64,000 nt of DNA, taken from contig CAZNZK010000002.1 in assembly GCA_964577595.1 (NCBI GenBank), positions 150,163 to 214,162 on the forward strand, written 5' to 3'. Position numbers and translations under genes: made by a program. This DNA is from an uncultured Candidatus Saccharibacteria bacterium. GTDB taxonomy: Bacteria > Patescibacteriota > Minisyncoccia > Phycocordibacterales > JAKAEA01. Below are positions 1 to 10,089 of this stretch, in pieces (within the stretch, counting starts at the first letter, position 1; each line of letters opens with the position of its first letter). The notes under the pieces were generated by a model. The model did not search any database, was not told the origin of the DNA, and worked only from the letters and a program-made list of their open reading frames with translations.

Positions 1-199
1 ATGACGGCATTGGAAATAAACTGGTATTTTTGATCACCGGAAGCATAACTCGCTTTAAATGTCTGCTCCAATACTCCAATTAGGAGAGTGTCAATTTTTA
101 ACCCTATTGTTTGTCGGTGGCTTTTAGCAACGTGGGGCAGAATATCTTGCCATGTTTTGTACGCCTCTTTCAACTTCTCAATAACTGGTAAAACTGTGC

Positions 200-209
200 G
201 GGGGGGGGG
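200..209. repeat. G10 homopolymer tract about 14 nt upstream of the RT start codon
   Basis: Read directly: gcg followed by nine g at 200-209. It lies in a 222-nt non-coding leader with no long ORF. Confidence 0.9.
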
Positions 210-222
210 TACTCTTAAGAGA

Positions 223-1230
223 ATGAGCAAGATTATTGTTGATCATGCCTTTAACGATATCATTTCACCGGAAAATTTGCTTATCGCTTGGAAAGAATTT
301 ATCAAAGGAAAGCGTGGCAAAAAAGACGTGCAAGAATTCATGCTTAATTTGGCGGAAAATCTTAATTCTCTCCATGAGGATTTAAAGAATCGCACATATT
401 CTCATGGGGCATATACGCATTTCAGGGTTATGGACCCAAAGCTGAGAGATATTCATAAAGCGACTGTGCGGGACAGGTTGTTGCACCACGCGGTGTATCG
501 GATTTTGTATCCTCATTTTGACAGAAAATTCATCGCCGATTCTTTTTCGTGTCGGAATTTTAAAGGTACACATCGAGCGATGGACAGATTTCGCGATTTC
601 TCAAGAGAAGTATCAAAAAATAACACCAAAACATGCTGGGTTCTTAAGTGTGATGTGCGGAAATTTTTCGCTTCCATAGACCAGAAAATCCTCCTTCATA
701 TTTTAAGGAAACATTTGCACGACGCAGATACTTTATGGCTTCTGGAGCAAATTATTAGCAGTTTTTATGGCACGGAAAAAGGAAAGGGTTTACCGCTTGG
801 TAATGTAACCTCACAGCTTCTGGTAAACGTCTACATGAATGAATTTGATCAGTTAGTAAAACATGAGCTTCGGCAAAAACAATACATTCGGTATGCCGAT
901 GATTTTGTGGTGATGGGACAGGAACGCGAAGTGATCGCTGATTTGGTGCAGATATTTAGAGATTTTTTATATGAAAAATTAGGATTATCCTTACATCCCA
1001 ATAAGGTTAGTATTGCAACATTGACATCCGGCGTTGATTTCTTGGGGTGGGTACATTTTTCTAGTCATCGCGTTTTACGGACAGTCACAAAAAAGAGAAT
1101 GTTGAGGGCTCTTGCGGATAAGCCTACGCCGGAATTGTTGATTTCATACCAAGCGCTTCTCAAGCACGGAAACGCTTTTAAGCTTGAGCAAGAGATAGAA
1201 AAAATTACTTTGAATCCTCCAAAAACTTAA
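223..1230 (+). CDS. Diversity-generating retroelement (DGR) reverse transcriptase
   Basis: RT motifs with the DGR-specific signatures: RDRLLHHA, VLKCDVRKFFASID, DTLWLL, GLPLGNVTSQLLVNVYMNEFD (SQ replaces the usual QG) and YIRYADDFVV. From memory it is collinear with Bordetella phage bRT. Start moved to the ATG at 223; the track ORF begins at 88 in the same frame. Confidence 0.88.
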   Translation: MSKIIVDHAFNDIISPENLLIAWKEFIKGKRGKKDVQEFMLNLAENLNSLHEDLKNRTYSHGAYTHFRVMDPKLRDIHKATVRDRLLHHAVYRILYPHFDRKFIADSFSCRNFKGTHRAMDRFRDFSREVSKNNTKTCWVLKCDVRKFFASIDQKILLHILRKHLHDADTLWLLEQIISSFYGTEKGKGLPLGNVTSQLLVNVYMNEFDQLVKHELRQKQYIRYADDFVVMGQEREVIADLVQIFRDFLYEKLGLSLHPNKVSIATLTSGVDFLGWVHFSSHRVLRTVTKKRMLRALADKPTPELLISYQALLKHGNAFKLEQEIEKITLNPPKT

Positions 1231-2311
1231 TAGTTTTCTCAATGGTGAGCATGTGGGTGAGGTAGTTTTCTATTTGGGCGGTGTCCAGGTCGGCGTGCGC
1301 GGCTTTGAGGCGGCGGGTTTCGGTTTCCACGTCCTTGGGGTCGGCGGTGAGCTTTTCTTTGAGAGCAATTTCTTCAAGAATAAGGTTAACGCGGGCGCGC
1401 TTCTCAGCCTCAGGCAACCATTCTTTTTTTAAATCTTCCTGGGATTTTTTGAGGTGTTTGAGGTAGTTTTCCAAGGAAAGGCCCATGCGCTTTATATCTT
1501 CTTCAAATTGGCCAAACATTCTATTGAGCTCGTAGTTGATGAGCGGCTGGGGGATGGGGAACTTGGTTTCAGTAACAAGGCGTTCCAGGATTTTACCGCG
1601 GCGGCGTTCTGCGAGCTTGTTTTCTTTTTCTCTGGTGAGATTTTCTTTGATTTTTGCGCGGAAGTCGGCGACATCTTTAAAGGCGCCCAAGCTTTTGACG
1701 AACTCATCGTTGATTTCCGGCTTGTGCTTGGCCACTTCTTCGGGGGAGTGGTTATGGCCCTCTGCCTTACCTTCGGCTTGCTGGTGTTGGTGAAATTGGT
1801 GATGGGCGTAATCGTCACGGACTTTTTCAATAACCTCATCAATTTCTTTATCGGTAACGGCGAGTTTTTCGTGTTCGCTGGCAGTTTGGCTGGCGGCGAC
1901 TTCCTCTTTACCGATTTTTTTGTAATTAGGTAGAGAAAATTCCGGACGCACGGCGATGACCACGGAGAAATTGAGTGGGTTGCCAGGAGCGAGCTTGGTG
2001 ATGGTAATTTTCGGGCGGGCGATGTAGCGCGGAGCTTTTTCCTGTACCACTTCCGGCACAATTTCTTGCAGGGCTAAATCGGCGGCATCTTCAAGGATGG
2101 CCTGCTCACCGAATTTTTCCACGAGGACTTTTTCAGGGATATGGCCAGAGCGGAAGCCGGCAATTTTCGCGTTTTCACCAAGGTTTTTGAGAGCTTTTTG
2201 GCGAAAAGGGGCGAGTGTTTCAGCGGCAACTTCGCCGTGGATTTCCACCTCGGAATTGGGGAGTTCTTTTTGCTCGGTTATTTTGTATGCGAGTTTTGTT
2301 TCTTTTTCCAT
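1205..2311 (-). CDS. tig: Trigger factor (ribosome-associated chaperone)
   Basis: Trigger-factor N-terminal ribosome-binding region, PPIase-like middle and C-terminal arm. It overlaps the RT 3' end convergently by 26 nt. Contains a His/Gln-rich insertion, HHQFHQHQQAEGKAEGHNH. Confidence 0.85.
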   Translation of the reverse strand: MEKETKLAYKITEQKELPNSEVEIHGEVAAETLAPFRQKALKNLGENAKIAGFRSGHIPEKVLVEKFGEQAILEDAADLALQEIVPEVVQEKAPRYIARPKITITKLAPGNPLNFSVVIAVRPEFSLPNYKKIGKEEVAASQTASEHEKLAVTDKEIDEVIEKVRDDYAHHQFHQHQQAEGKAEGHNHSPEEVAKHKPEINDEFVKSLGAFKDVADFRAKIKENLTREKENKLAERRRGKILERLVTETKFPIPQPLINYELNRMFGQFEEDIKRMGLSLENYLKHLKKSQEDLKKEWLPEAEKRARVNLILEEIALKEKLTADPKDVETETRRLKAAHADLDTAQIENYLTHMLTIEKTIKFLEDSK

Positions 2312-2313
2312 AC

Positions 2314-4311
2314 TTATTTAATGAGGAAACCAACAATAAGGAGAGCGACGATGTTGAGTACTTTGATCATCGGGTTAATGGCAGGGCCGGCAGTGTCTTT
2401 GTAGGGGTCGCCAACAGTGTCGCCGGTAACAGCGGCTTTGTGGGCGGCCGAGCCTTTGCCACCATGGAAACCTTTTTCAATATGCTTTTTAGCATTGTCC
2501 CAAGCGCCACCACCACTGGTCATGGAAATGGCAACGAAGAGGCCGGTGACAATAGAACCAACGAGTACGCCGCCGAGAGCGACAGGGCCGAGGATGAAGC
2601 CGACAAGAATAGGAACAACAACAGGGATGAGAGCAGGGATAATCATTTGCTTAATGGCGCCCAAAGTGACGATGTCTACGCATTTGGCGTAATCGGGCTT
2701 GGCGGTGCCTTCCATAATGCCTTTGATTTCACGGAACTGGCGGCGAACCTCCTCAACCACTTTGCCTGCGGCTTTGCCGACAGCTTCCATACAGAGGGCG
2801 CCGAAGTAGTAGGGCAAGAGGCCGCCGATAAAGAGGCCAACGATAACTAATGGGTCGCTCAAGCTGAAAATAATAGGGTGACCGGCTTTGGTAAATTCCT
2901 GAGTGTAGGAAGCAAAAAGCACAAGAGCGGCGAGGCCGGCAGAACCAATGGCATAGCCCTTGGTGACGGCTTTGGTGGTGTTGCCTACGGCGTCTAGTGG
3001 GTCGGTGACGTTGCGAACTTCTTCAGGAAGGCCGGCCATTTCAGCGATGCCGCCGGCGTTGTCGGTGATGGGGCCATAGGAATCAATGGCAACAATAATG
3101 CCCGCCATTGAAAGCATGCTTGTGGCAGCGATAGCGATGCCATAGAGACCGGCGAAATAGTAGGAACCCAAAATAGCGAGCACGATAGAGAGCAGCGGCA
3201 GGGCGGTGGCCTTCATTGAAATGGCCAAGCCTTGAATGACGTTGGTGCCGTGGCCGGAAACGGAGGCTTCGGCGATGGATTGCACTGGCTTATAGGCGGT
3301 AGAGGTGTAGTACTCGGTAATCATCACTAACAGAGCGGTGAGAGCGAGGCCGATAAGCGCGCACATAAAGAGAGCGGAAACGGAATAGAGCGCGTTGGTG
3401 CCCATCAACATTTTAGTGACAGGGTAGAAAGCGATAGCAGAAAGAATGCCGGAAACGGCCAGGCCTTTGTAGAGAGCGCCCATGATGTTTTCGGTTTTAC
3501 CAAGCTTCACAAACCAGGTGCCGATAATGGAGCAGAAGACTGCTACTCCGCCAAGAACGAGGGGGTAGAGAATGGCATTTGTAGATCCCTTAAAAATGAG
3601 CACGCCGAGCAAAATAGTGGCGATAGCCGTGACGACGTAGGTTTCAAAAAGGTCGGCGGCCATGCCAGCACAGTCACCAACGTTGTCGCCAACGTTGTCG
3701 GCAATAACGGCGGGGTTGCGTGGATCGTCTTCGGGAATATCGGCTTCAACTTTACCGACGAGGTCGGCGCCAACGTCAGCGGCTTTGGTGAAAATACCAC
3801 CGCCCAAGCGGGCGAAAATAGAAATAAGAGAAGCTCCGAAAGCCAAGCCGATGAGGGCTTTGGTGTCATGGGTGAGAGCGTAAAAGCCGGTGACGCCGAG
3901 GAGGGCGAGGCCAACAACCAAGAGGCCCGTAACAGAACCGCCCTGGAAAGCAACAGAGAGAGCTTCACGAATACCTGTTTTTGCCGCTTCAGTAGTGCGA
4001 ACGTTGGCGCGAACGGAAACGTTCATGCCGACGTAGCCGGCGAGAGCGGAAAAGAGGGCGCCAATAAGGAATCCAAAAGCCTCCGTCCAGCCGAATGTAA
4101 AGCCAATGATAAGAATGAGAACAGCGGCAATAACACCGATAGTTTTATATTGACGATTGAGGTAAGCCGAGGCGCCTTTCTGAATAGCGCTGGAAATTTC
4201 CTGCATTTTTTCACTGCCAGCGGGCTTGCTCAGCACATTTTTTGCCAATAAAAGACCGTATAAAATTGCCACCACTGCACTCACGAGGGCAAACAGGATA
4301 TAGGTATTCAT
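2314..4311 (-). CDS. hppA: Membrane-bound proton- or sodium-translocating pyrophosphatase
   Basis: 665 aa and polytopic, with the H+-PPase signatures [23 protein letters not shown] and [11 protein letters not shown]. Confidence 0.9.
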   Translation of the reverse strand: MNTYILFALVSAVVAILYGLLLAKNVLSKPAGSEKMQEISSAIQKGASAYLNRQYKTIGVIAAVLILIIGFTFGWTEAFGFLIGALFSALAGYVGMNVSVRANVRTTEAAKTGIREALSVAFQGGSVTGLLVVGLALLGVTGFYALTHDTKALIGLAFGASLISIFARLGGGIFTKAADVGADLVGKVEADIPEDDPRNPAVIADNVGDNVGDCAGMAADLFETYVVTAIATILLGVLIFKGSTNAILYPLVLGGVAVFCSIIGTWFVKLGKTENIMGALYKGLAVSGILSAIAFYPVTKMLMGTNALYSVSALFMCALIGLALTALLVMITEYYTSTAYKPVQSIAEASVSGHGTNVIQGLAISMKATALPLLSIVLAILGSYYFAGLYGIAIAATSMLSMAGIIVAIDSYGPITDNAGGIAEMAGLPEEVRNVTDPLDAVGNTTKAVTKGYAIGSAGLAALVLFASYTQEFTKAGHPIIFSLSDPLVIVGLFIGGLLPYYFGALCMEAVGKAAGKVVEEVRRQFREIKGIMEGTAKPDYAKCVDIVTLGAIKQMIIPALIPVVVPILVGFILGPVALGGVLVGSIVTGLFVAISMTSGGGAWDNAKKHIEKGFHGGKGSAAHKAAVTGDTVGDPYKDTAGPAINPMIKVLNIVALLIVGFLIK

Positions 4312-4323
4312 GTTGTTACGCTT

Positions 4324-5487
4324 TTATTTAGTAATAACCGCTTCTTCTGTTCCCGACTCTGCCACTGTCTCACCTTTTACTGACTGAATGTCTATACGCC
4401 AGCCTGTGAGGCGGGCGGCAAGGCGAACGTTTTGGCCGCCCTTACCGATAGCTAATGATTGCTGGTCTTCAGCGACTGAAACTACCGCTGTTTTGTTGGC
4501 TTCGTCAATAGTGACACTAAGGACGCGAGCGGGGGAAAGAGCCTCCTCAACGAAGCGCTTTTGATCTTCCGACCACTCAATAATATCTATTTTTTCACCA
4601 CCAAGCTCGCTGGTGACAGTGGAAACACGCACGCCGCGCTGGCCAACGAGGGAACCAACGGGGTCAACGTGACCATCGCTGGAAAGAACGGCGATTTTAG
4701 AGCGGGAACCGGCTTCGCGGGCCACGCTTTTCACTTCAATAACGCCGCTGGCGATTTCCGGCACTTCAATTTCAAAAAGCTTGATCAAGAATTTAGGATG
4801 TGAACGGGAAAGCCGCAAGAAGATACCACGCGGAGTTTCCTCAACACGGTAAAGATAAGCGCGAATGCGCTCGCCTTGACGATAGCGCTCGCCGGGGATT
4901 TGCTCTTCGTAGGGGAGGATACCGCTAGCGCGGCCCATATCCACGAAAATATTACCACGCTCAATGCGCTGAACAGTTCCCGAGACAATTTCACCTTCGC
5001 GTTCGCCGAATTCACCTAAAACGGACACTTTTTCGGCCTCGCGGATTTTTTGGATGATGACCTGCTTGGCGGTTTGAGAGGCAATGCGGCCAAAATCATC
5101 CTTCATTTCTAACGGAAAGACGATTTCGTCGCCGATTTTAGCATCACGCTTGATTTTCTGAGCGTCGTCCAAAAGCATGTGGCGTTCGGGGTTGAAAAGG
5201 ACCTTTTCCGGCTCATCATCGCTGGTTTCGGGGATTTCTGGCAGGGTGCCATCCTCATTGGGGGTGATAATTTGAGAGGGATCAACAACGACTTTTACTT
5301 GGAAAAACTCGCTTTTGCCGCCGGCAATGTCAAAAGTAGCCCTAATTATCTGGTGTTTTTTGCCATACTCTTTTTTATAGGCACTGGCCAAAGCGGCTTC
5401 AATGGCCTCAATGATTTTCTCGCGGGGAATGCCGCGTTCTTCCTCAAGCTCGCCGAGGACGGAATTGATGGTTTTAAGGTCAAACAT
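4324..5487 (-). CDS. nusA: Transcription termination/antitermination factor NusA
   Basis: NusA N-terminal domain, S1 domain and tandem KH domains are recognisable. Confidence 0.88.
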   Translation of the reverse strand: MFDLKTINSVLGELEEERGIPREKIIEAIEAALASAYKKEYGKKHQIIRATFDIAGGKSEFFQVKVVVDPSQIITPNEDGTLPEIPETSDDEPEKVLFNPERHMLLDDAQKIKRDAKIGDEIVFPLEMKDDFGRIASQTAKQVIIQKIREAEKVSVLGEFGEREGEIVSGTVQRIERGNIFVDMGRASGILPYEEQIPGERYRQGERIRAYLYRVEETPRGIFLRLSRSHPKFLIKLFEIEVPEIASGVIEVKSVAREAGSRSKIAVLSSDGHVDPVGSLVGQRGVRVSTVTSELGGEKIDIIEWSEDQKRFVEEALSPARVLSVTIDEANKTAVVSVAEDQQSLAIGKGGQNVRLAARLTGWRIDIQSVKGETVAESGTEEAVITK

Positions 5488-5630
5488 AGTGGTTATTTTT
5501 AAAAAAATCTTAAAAAAATGGTTCGCCTCGCCGGCGAACTCAGATGACGACAGTATATATAGTCAGTTGTCCGTTGTCAACATGGGCACAACGGCCGTAT
5601 AATTAGCCAAATTGTTCCACATTACTCTCT

Positions 5631-7385
5631 ATGAGAACTGAAGAAACACAATTAGCTAATTTCGTCGTTGACTCAGGTTTCCTTTCGCGCGCCGACGTGG
5701 ATGTGGCTATGGAAAAGGCGGCAAAAGAACACGCCGCACTCGCTTCCATTTTGGTAACGAGTGGCAAAATCAGCGACGACGAGGTGCGCAAGGCCCAAGC
5801 GCACATCCTTGGTATTCCTTTTGTTGATTTAAAAAATAAGAAATTGGAAATGAGCGTGCTCTCGCTGGTGCCGGAGCCTATCGCCCGCAACCACAACATT
5901 GTGGCTTTCAAGAAAGAGGGTGACGCTTTGGAGGTGGCGATGTTGGACACTGAAGATCTTTCGGCTATTGATTTCATAAAAAAGAAAACAGGTTTGCGTA
6001 TTTTGTCTCGGCTCACCGATAATGAATCAATTAAAGCCGCTCTCGTTCAGTATCAAAAAAGTCTCAAAGCTGAATTCGGCGACATTATCCAAAAAGAAAT
6101 CGGTTCCATTAAAACGCTTGCTGAGCAGGTGAGTGGCGATGCAAGTTCTGAAGCTGATTTGAAAAAACTGGCTGAAGATTTGCCGGTGGTGCGCATCGTT
6201 GACACTCTTTTGAAGCACGCCATCATTCAGGATGCATCCGATATTCATATTGAGCCGATGGAGGAGCAGGTACTGGTGCGCTACCGCATTGACGGTATTT
6301 TGCATGATGCTATGGTTCTGCCTAAAAACGCCGGCCCCTCAATCACGGCTAGAATTAAGGTTCTTTCTAACCTTAAGCTGGACGAAAAGCGCTTGCCGCA
6401 AGACGGTCGTTTCAAGGTGGAAATGAATGGCGAAAAAGTCTCATTTCGTGTTTCCATGTTGCCGACCTATTACGGTGAAAAAACCGTTATGCGTTTGTTG
6501 CGCGAGAACGTTAAGGGTTTCACTTTGGAAGTACTCGGTTTCCATGGCCGCAATTCTGAAATGATTCACGATGCTACCCGCCTCACCACGGGTATGATTC
6601 TTACCACCGGCCCAACAGGCTCCGGTAAAACCACAACCCTTTACACCGTGCTTGATATTTTAAATACGCCCGACGTCAACATTTCCACAATTGAAGACCC
6701 TATTGAATATCAAATGGCCAGAATAAATCAAACACAAGTTAAGCCGGAAATCGGTTTTGCTTTTGCCAACGGCCTGCGCTCTTTGGTGCGTCAGGATCCG
6801 GACATTATTATGGTCGGTGAAATTCGCGATAACGAAACGGCGTCGCTGGCCGTGAACGCGGCCCTCACTGGTCACCTGGTGCTTTCTACCTTGCACACCA
6901 ATTCCGCCGCCGGCGCTATTCCGCGTTTGGTGGACATGAAAGTTGAACCGTTTCTCATTGTGTCCACGGTCAATATTGTTATCGGTCAGCGCCTTATTCG
7001 CCGCCTCACCAGCGAAAAAGAAAAGTATTTTTTGACTGACGCGGAAATCACTCAGTTGGAAAAAGTCATTGATTTGAGCCGGGTTCTCGGCGTACTTCAG
7101 GAAGAAAAAATTATCGGCAAAGAAACCGATTGGAAAAAAATCCCGTTCTATAAACCGAAGGCTTCAGCGGAAGCACCCGACGGTTTCAAGGGTCGTATCG
7201 GCATCCACGAGGTGTTGAAAGTCACGCCAACAATCCGCGACTTGGTGATGCGTGAAAGTAATTCCTCACAAATTGAGGCGCAGGCAAAAAAAGAGGGTAT
7301 GATTACCATGATTGAAGATGGTATTTTCAAGGCGGCTTCGGGTTTAACAACCATTGAAGAAGTGTTACGCGTCATCTCAGAATAA
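5631..7385 (+). CDS. pilB: Type IV pilus assembly ATPase (PilB/GspE family)
   Basis: N-terminal T2SSE_N-like domain, Walker A GPTGSGKTT, Asp and His boxes, C-terminal Zn-finger region. Confidence 0.9.
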   Translation: MRTEETQLANFVVDSGFLSRADVDVAMEKAAKEHAALASILVTSGKISDDEVRKAQAHILGIPFVDLKNKKLEMSVLSLVPEPIARNHNIVAFKKEGDALEVAMLDTEDLSAIDFIKKKTGLRILSRLTDNESIKAALVQYQKSLKAEFGDIIQKEIGSIKTLAEQVSGDASSEADLKKLAEDLPVVRIVDTLLKHAIIQDASDIHIEPMEEQVLVRYRIDGILHDAMVLPKNAGPSITARIKVLSNLKLDEKRLPQDGRFKVEMNGEKVSFRVSMLPTYYGEKTVMRLLRENVKGFTLEVLGFHGRNSEMIHDATRLTTGMILTTGPTGSGKTTTLYTVLDILNTPDVNISTIEDPIEYQMARINQTQVKPEIGFAFANGLRSLVRQDPDIIMVGEIRDNETASLAVNAALTGHLVLSTLHTNSAAGAIPRLVDMKVEPFLIVSTVNIVIGQRLIRRLTSEKEKYFLTDAEITQLEKVIDLSRVLGVLQEEKIIGKETDWKKIPFYKPKASAEAPDGFKGRIGIHEVLKVTPTIRDLVMRESNSSQIEAQAKKEGMITMIEDGIFKAASGLTTIEEVLRVISE

Positions 7386-7386
7386 T

Positions 7387-8610
7387 ATGAGCACATTCCA
7401 AATACGCACCGTTGATAAGGAAGGCACTAGTCATGAGGAAGTCGCCGAAGTCAGCGACCGCGCCACTTTTTACGCCGAATTAAAATCCAAAGGCTCAACG
7501 CTCATTTCCATGACGGAAGTCGCGGCCAAAAAGAAGGGATCAGTTTTTTCTTTTGAAATTCCTTTTTTAAGCGGCGTCAAATTACAAGATAAAATAATTT
7601 TTACTCGCAACCTCGCTTCAATGCTTGATGCTGGCTTGGCGCTTTCTCGTGCCCTTACGGTTATTGAGAAACAAACAGGCGGCAAAAAATTCAAGGGAAT
7701 CGTTGCCGGTTTAAATGCCAGCATCAGAAGTGGCAAGACCCTTAGTGAGTCAATGAAGGACTGTGGCGACGTGTTTCCTCCTCTCGTTGGCTCCATGGTG
7801 CGTGCCGGCGAAGAATCGGGCTCGCTCTCGCAATCCTTGCGTATTGTTTCCACCCAGATGGAGAATTCGTATGCTCTTGGTCGTAAAATCCGCGGGGCGC
7901 TCATGTATCCAGCGGTTATCACTCTGGCCATGATCGGTATTGGTTTTTTTATGTTGACCAATGTGGTGCCGACCTTGGCTTCAACGTTTCAGAGTTTTAA
8001 TGCCCAGTTGCCACTGCAAACCGTGGTCATTATTGACCTCAGTAATTTTCTGCAAGCATACTTCGTGCTGGTGATTATAGCCATCGTTGCGGTAGTTGCC
8101 GGTGTATATGTTTTTAGTCGGACTCCCACGGGCAAGCGTTGGAACAGTTTTTTATTTTTACACACGCCCGTTATCGGGCCAATCATGCAGGAAATGAATT
8201 CAGCCCGCACGGCTCGCACCCTGGCCTCGCTCCTTTCCGCTGGCGTTGATTTTTTGGTGGCAGTGCGTATTACTGCCGATGTTCTGCAAAATCCCTTTTA
8301 TAAAGACGTCATTCTGATGGTAGAAAAAAGGGTTGAAAAAGGTGAGCCGATCGCCGAAATATTCAACCAGCGCCTCAACCTCTATCCGCCGTTTGTGGGT
8401 GAAATGATAGCGGTGGGGGAGGAAACCGGCCAATTGCCGCAAATGCTCCTTGGTGTGGCCACGTTTTACGAAACCGACATTGATCAGAAGACTAAAGATC
8501 TTTCGTCTATTATAGAGCCAGTCCTCATGATTGTTATTGGCGCGGCTGTCGGCTTTTTTGCCATCTCTATCATCAGCCCAATTTATTCCCTTAGTAGTGT
8601 CATTTCGTAA
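7387..8610 (+). CDS. pilC: Type IV pilus inner-membrane platform protein (PilC/GspF family)
   Basis: Two GspF repeats and three TM segments. Start set to the ATG at 7387, immediately after the pilB stop; the track ORF starts at 7354 in the same frame. Confidence 0.88.
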   Translation: MSTFQIRTVDKEGTSHEEVAEVSDRATFYAELKSKGSTLISMTEVAAKKKGSVFSFEIPFLSGVKLQDKIIFTRNLASMLDAGLALSRALTVIEKQTGGKKFKGIVAGLNASIRSGKTLSESMKDCGDVFPPLVGSMVRAGEESGSLSQSLRIVSTQMENSYALGRKIRGALMYPAVITLAMIGIGFFMLTNVVPTLASTFQSFNAQLPLQTVVIIDLSNFLQAYFVLVIIAIVAVVAGVYVFSRTPTGKRWNSFLFLHTPVIGPIMQEMNSARTARTLASLLSAGVDFLVAVRITADVLQNPFYKDVILMVEKRVEKGEPIAEIFNQRLNLYPPFVGEMIAVGEETGQLPQMLLGVATFYETDIDQKTKDLSSIIEPVLMIVIGAAVGFFAISIISPIYSLSSVIS

Positions 8611-8611
8611 T

Positions 8612-9076
8612 ATGAGAATACGCGGCGGCTTCACGATCGTTGAACTGTTGATAGTTATTGGTATCCTAGTTATTATCTGTGGCATTGTCGTTAGCGCTTT
8701 TACGAAATTTAATCGTGTTGAAAGTGTTAATAAGGATACCGAAACGGTGCTGGAAACTCTGCGGTTGGCCCGCAACCAAACGCTCGCCGCTAAAAATGAC
8801 ACACAATATGGGGTGCGGTTTGCCTCCTCAAGCGTCATCCTTTTTAGCGGCGCGAGCTATGTGCCTGGCGCGGCGAGTAATCAAACCTATTTTCTTCATG
8901 CTGGCGACACGGTGCTTTCCCTGCAGTTTGTGGGTGCCACGAGCAGTATCTTGTTCCAGCGGCTTACGGGCGCTGCCGCCAGCTATGGCACAGCCACTAT
9001 TTCTTCCAAAACCACGTCGTCATCCGACAGTGTTATAATTTCCAGCACTGGTCGCATCGCTGGTCCGACGCTATGA
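8612..9076 (+). CDS. Type IV pseudopilin, GspH/FimT-like
   Basis: Prepilin leader MRIRGGFTIVELLIVIGIL, with a G|FTxxE prepilin peptidase site and a hydrophobic helix. ATG at 8612 follows the pilC stop. Confidence 0.8.
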   Translation: MRIRGGFTIVELLIVIGILVIICGIVVSAFTKFNRVESVNKDTETVLETLRLARNQTLAAKNDTQYGVRFASSSVILFSGASYVPGAASNQTYFLHAGDTVLSLQFVGATSSILFQRLTGAAASYGTATISSKTTSSSDSVIISSTGRIAGPTL

Positions 9077-9576
9077 AAAAAAATCTTTTTAAAAAAAATA
9101 CTCGCGGTATCGGTTCCTTGGAAATTCTTATTGGCGCGACTATTATTGTCACCGGCATTTTGGCGCTCATCATCGTTTTTAATAGCTTTTTCTCCTTTGC
9201 TCTAGCTAATGATGCAAATGTGCGGGCGGCCTATTTGGGCGAAGAAGGGTTAGAGGCAATGTTTTTTCTGCGCGATGGTAGCTGGAGTACCAATATCGCT
9301 TCGCTTTCCACCACCTCTGCTTATTATTTGGCCTGGAATAGCGGCGCATCTACATGGCAAACAAGCACGGCATCACCCGCATATATAGACAATCTCTTTT
9401 TACGTAAAATCACATTGGCAAATGTTAAGCGCGACGGTACTGGTAAAATCGTTACATCTGGCGGCACGCTTGATTCCAATACTCGTCTTGTGACGGCTAC
9501 GATTCAGTATTTTCAGGGCCATGCCACCACCACGCAAACTATGGCTACCTACCTAACTAATTTTTATGGCAATTAG
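9073..9576 (+). CDS. Minor pilin-like protein with class III signal
   Basis: N-terminus MKKNLFKKNTRGIGSLEILIGATII, i.e. a Gly followed by a hydrophobic helix with Glu at +5. Overlaps the previous stop by 4 nt. Confidence 0.7.
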   Translation: MKKNLFKKNTRGIGSLEILIGATIIVTGILALIIVFNSFFSFALANDANVRAAYLGEEGLEAMFFLRDGSWSTNIASLSTTSAYYLAWNSGASTWQTSTASPAYIDNLFLRKITLANVKRDGTGKIVTSGGTLDSNTRLVTATIQYFQGHATTTQTMATYLTNFYGN

Positions 9577-9585
9577 CCAGTGAAT

Positions 9586-10089
9586 ATGAAAATCTTCCTC
9601 ACAAAATTTGGTTTCTCTCTGGTGGAAATGCTCATCTATGTCAGTGTCCTAAGCGTTATTTTTTTGGTCATTGTTAACACAAGTCTTTCTTTCGTTGGTT
9701 CCTATAGGACACTCTCGGCTTTGCGGGCGGCCGACCACGGTGGCATCGACGCGTTAGAGCCGATAACCCGCGCCATTCGCGGTGCGGATACTATTGTTGG
9801 CACCGGCAATTCACTCACTCTTTCCGAGACGAATAGTGGCATTGCTACTACGACACTGTTTTCACTGGTTGGCGGTACCATAAATGAAACAGTTACAGTC
9901 AATGGTGTTCAAAACAATTCACTCTCGGGGCCGTTGACCGCTTCCGACGTAAACATCACCGCTCTTACCTTTACAGCGCTTGCGACAAGCACAGCCAGCG
10001 CGGTAAAAATAGACATGACCACCCAAGCTACCAGTGGTACGGTCACAAAAACAAAAAATTTTCATTCCACTGTAGTTTTACATGGTTAA
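9586..10089 (+). CDS. Pseudopilin (PilW/GspJ-like N-terminus)
   Basis: MKIFLTKFGFSLVEMLIYVSVLSVIF prepilin motif. ATG at 9586 preferred over the in-frame GTG at 9580. Confidence 0.7.
   Translation: MKIFLTKFGFSLVEMLIYVSVLSVIFLVIVNTSLSFVGSYRTLSALRAADHGGIDALEPITRAIRGADTIVGTGNSLTLSETNSGIATTTLFSLVGGTINETVTVNGVQNNSLSGPLTASDVNITALTFTALATSTASAVKIDMTTQATSGTVTKTKNFHSTVVLHG

Noticed and set aside
1-222. Possibility that the first 222 nt are the DGR template repeat
   Set aside because: The sequence is not adenine/AAC-rich as a template repeat should be, and no frame encodes a CLec-type variable-region consensus. It is more likely a leader or spacer, with the TR upstream of the window.
1492-2061. 189-aa Lys/Ser/Pro-rich ORF on the minus strand inside tig
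   Set aside because: Low-complexity alternative frame of the well-supported trigger factor gene. No motif recognised.
2215-2850. 211-aa ORF antisense to hppA
   Set aside because: Lies entirely within the strongly supported H+-PPase gene on the other strand. It has the composition typical of an antisense shadow ORF.
8200-8838. 212-aa minus-strand ORF across the pilC / pseudopilin junction
   Set aside because: Antisense to two well-supported pilus genes. No recognisable domain.
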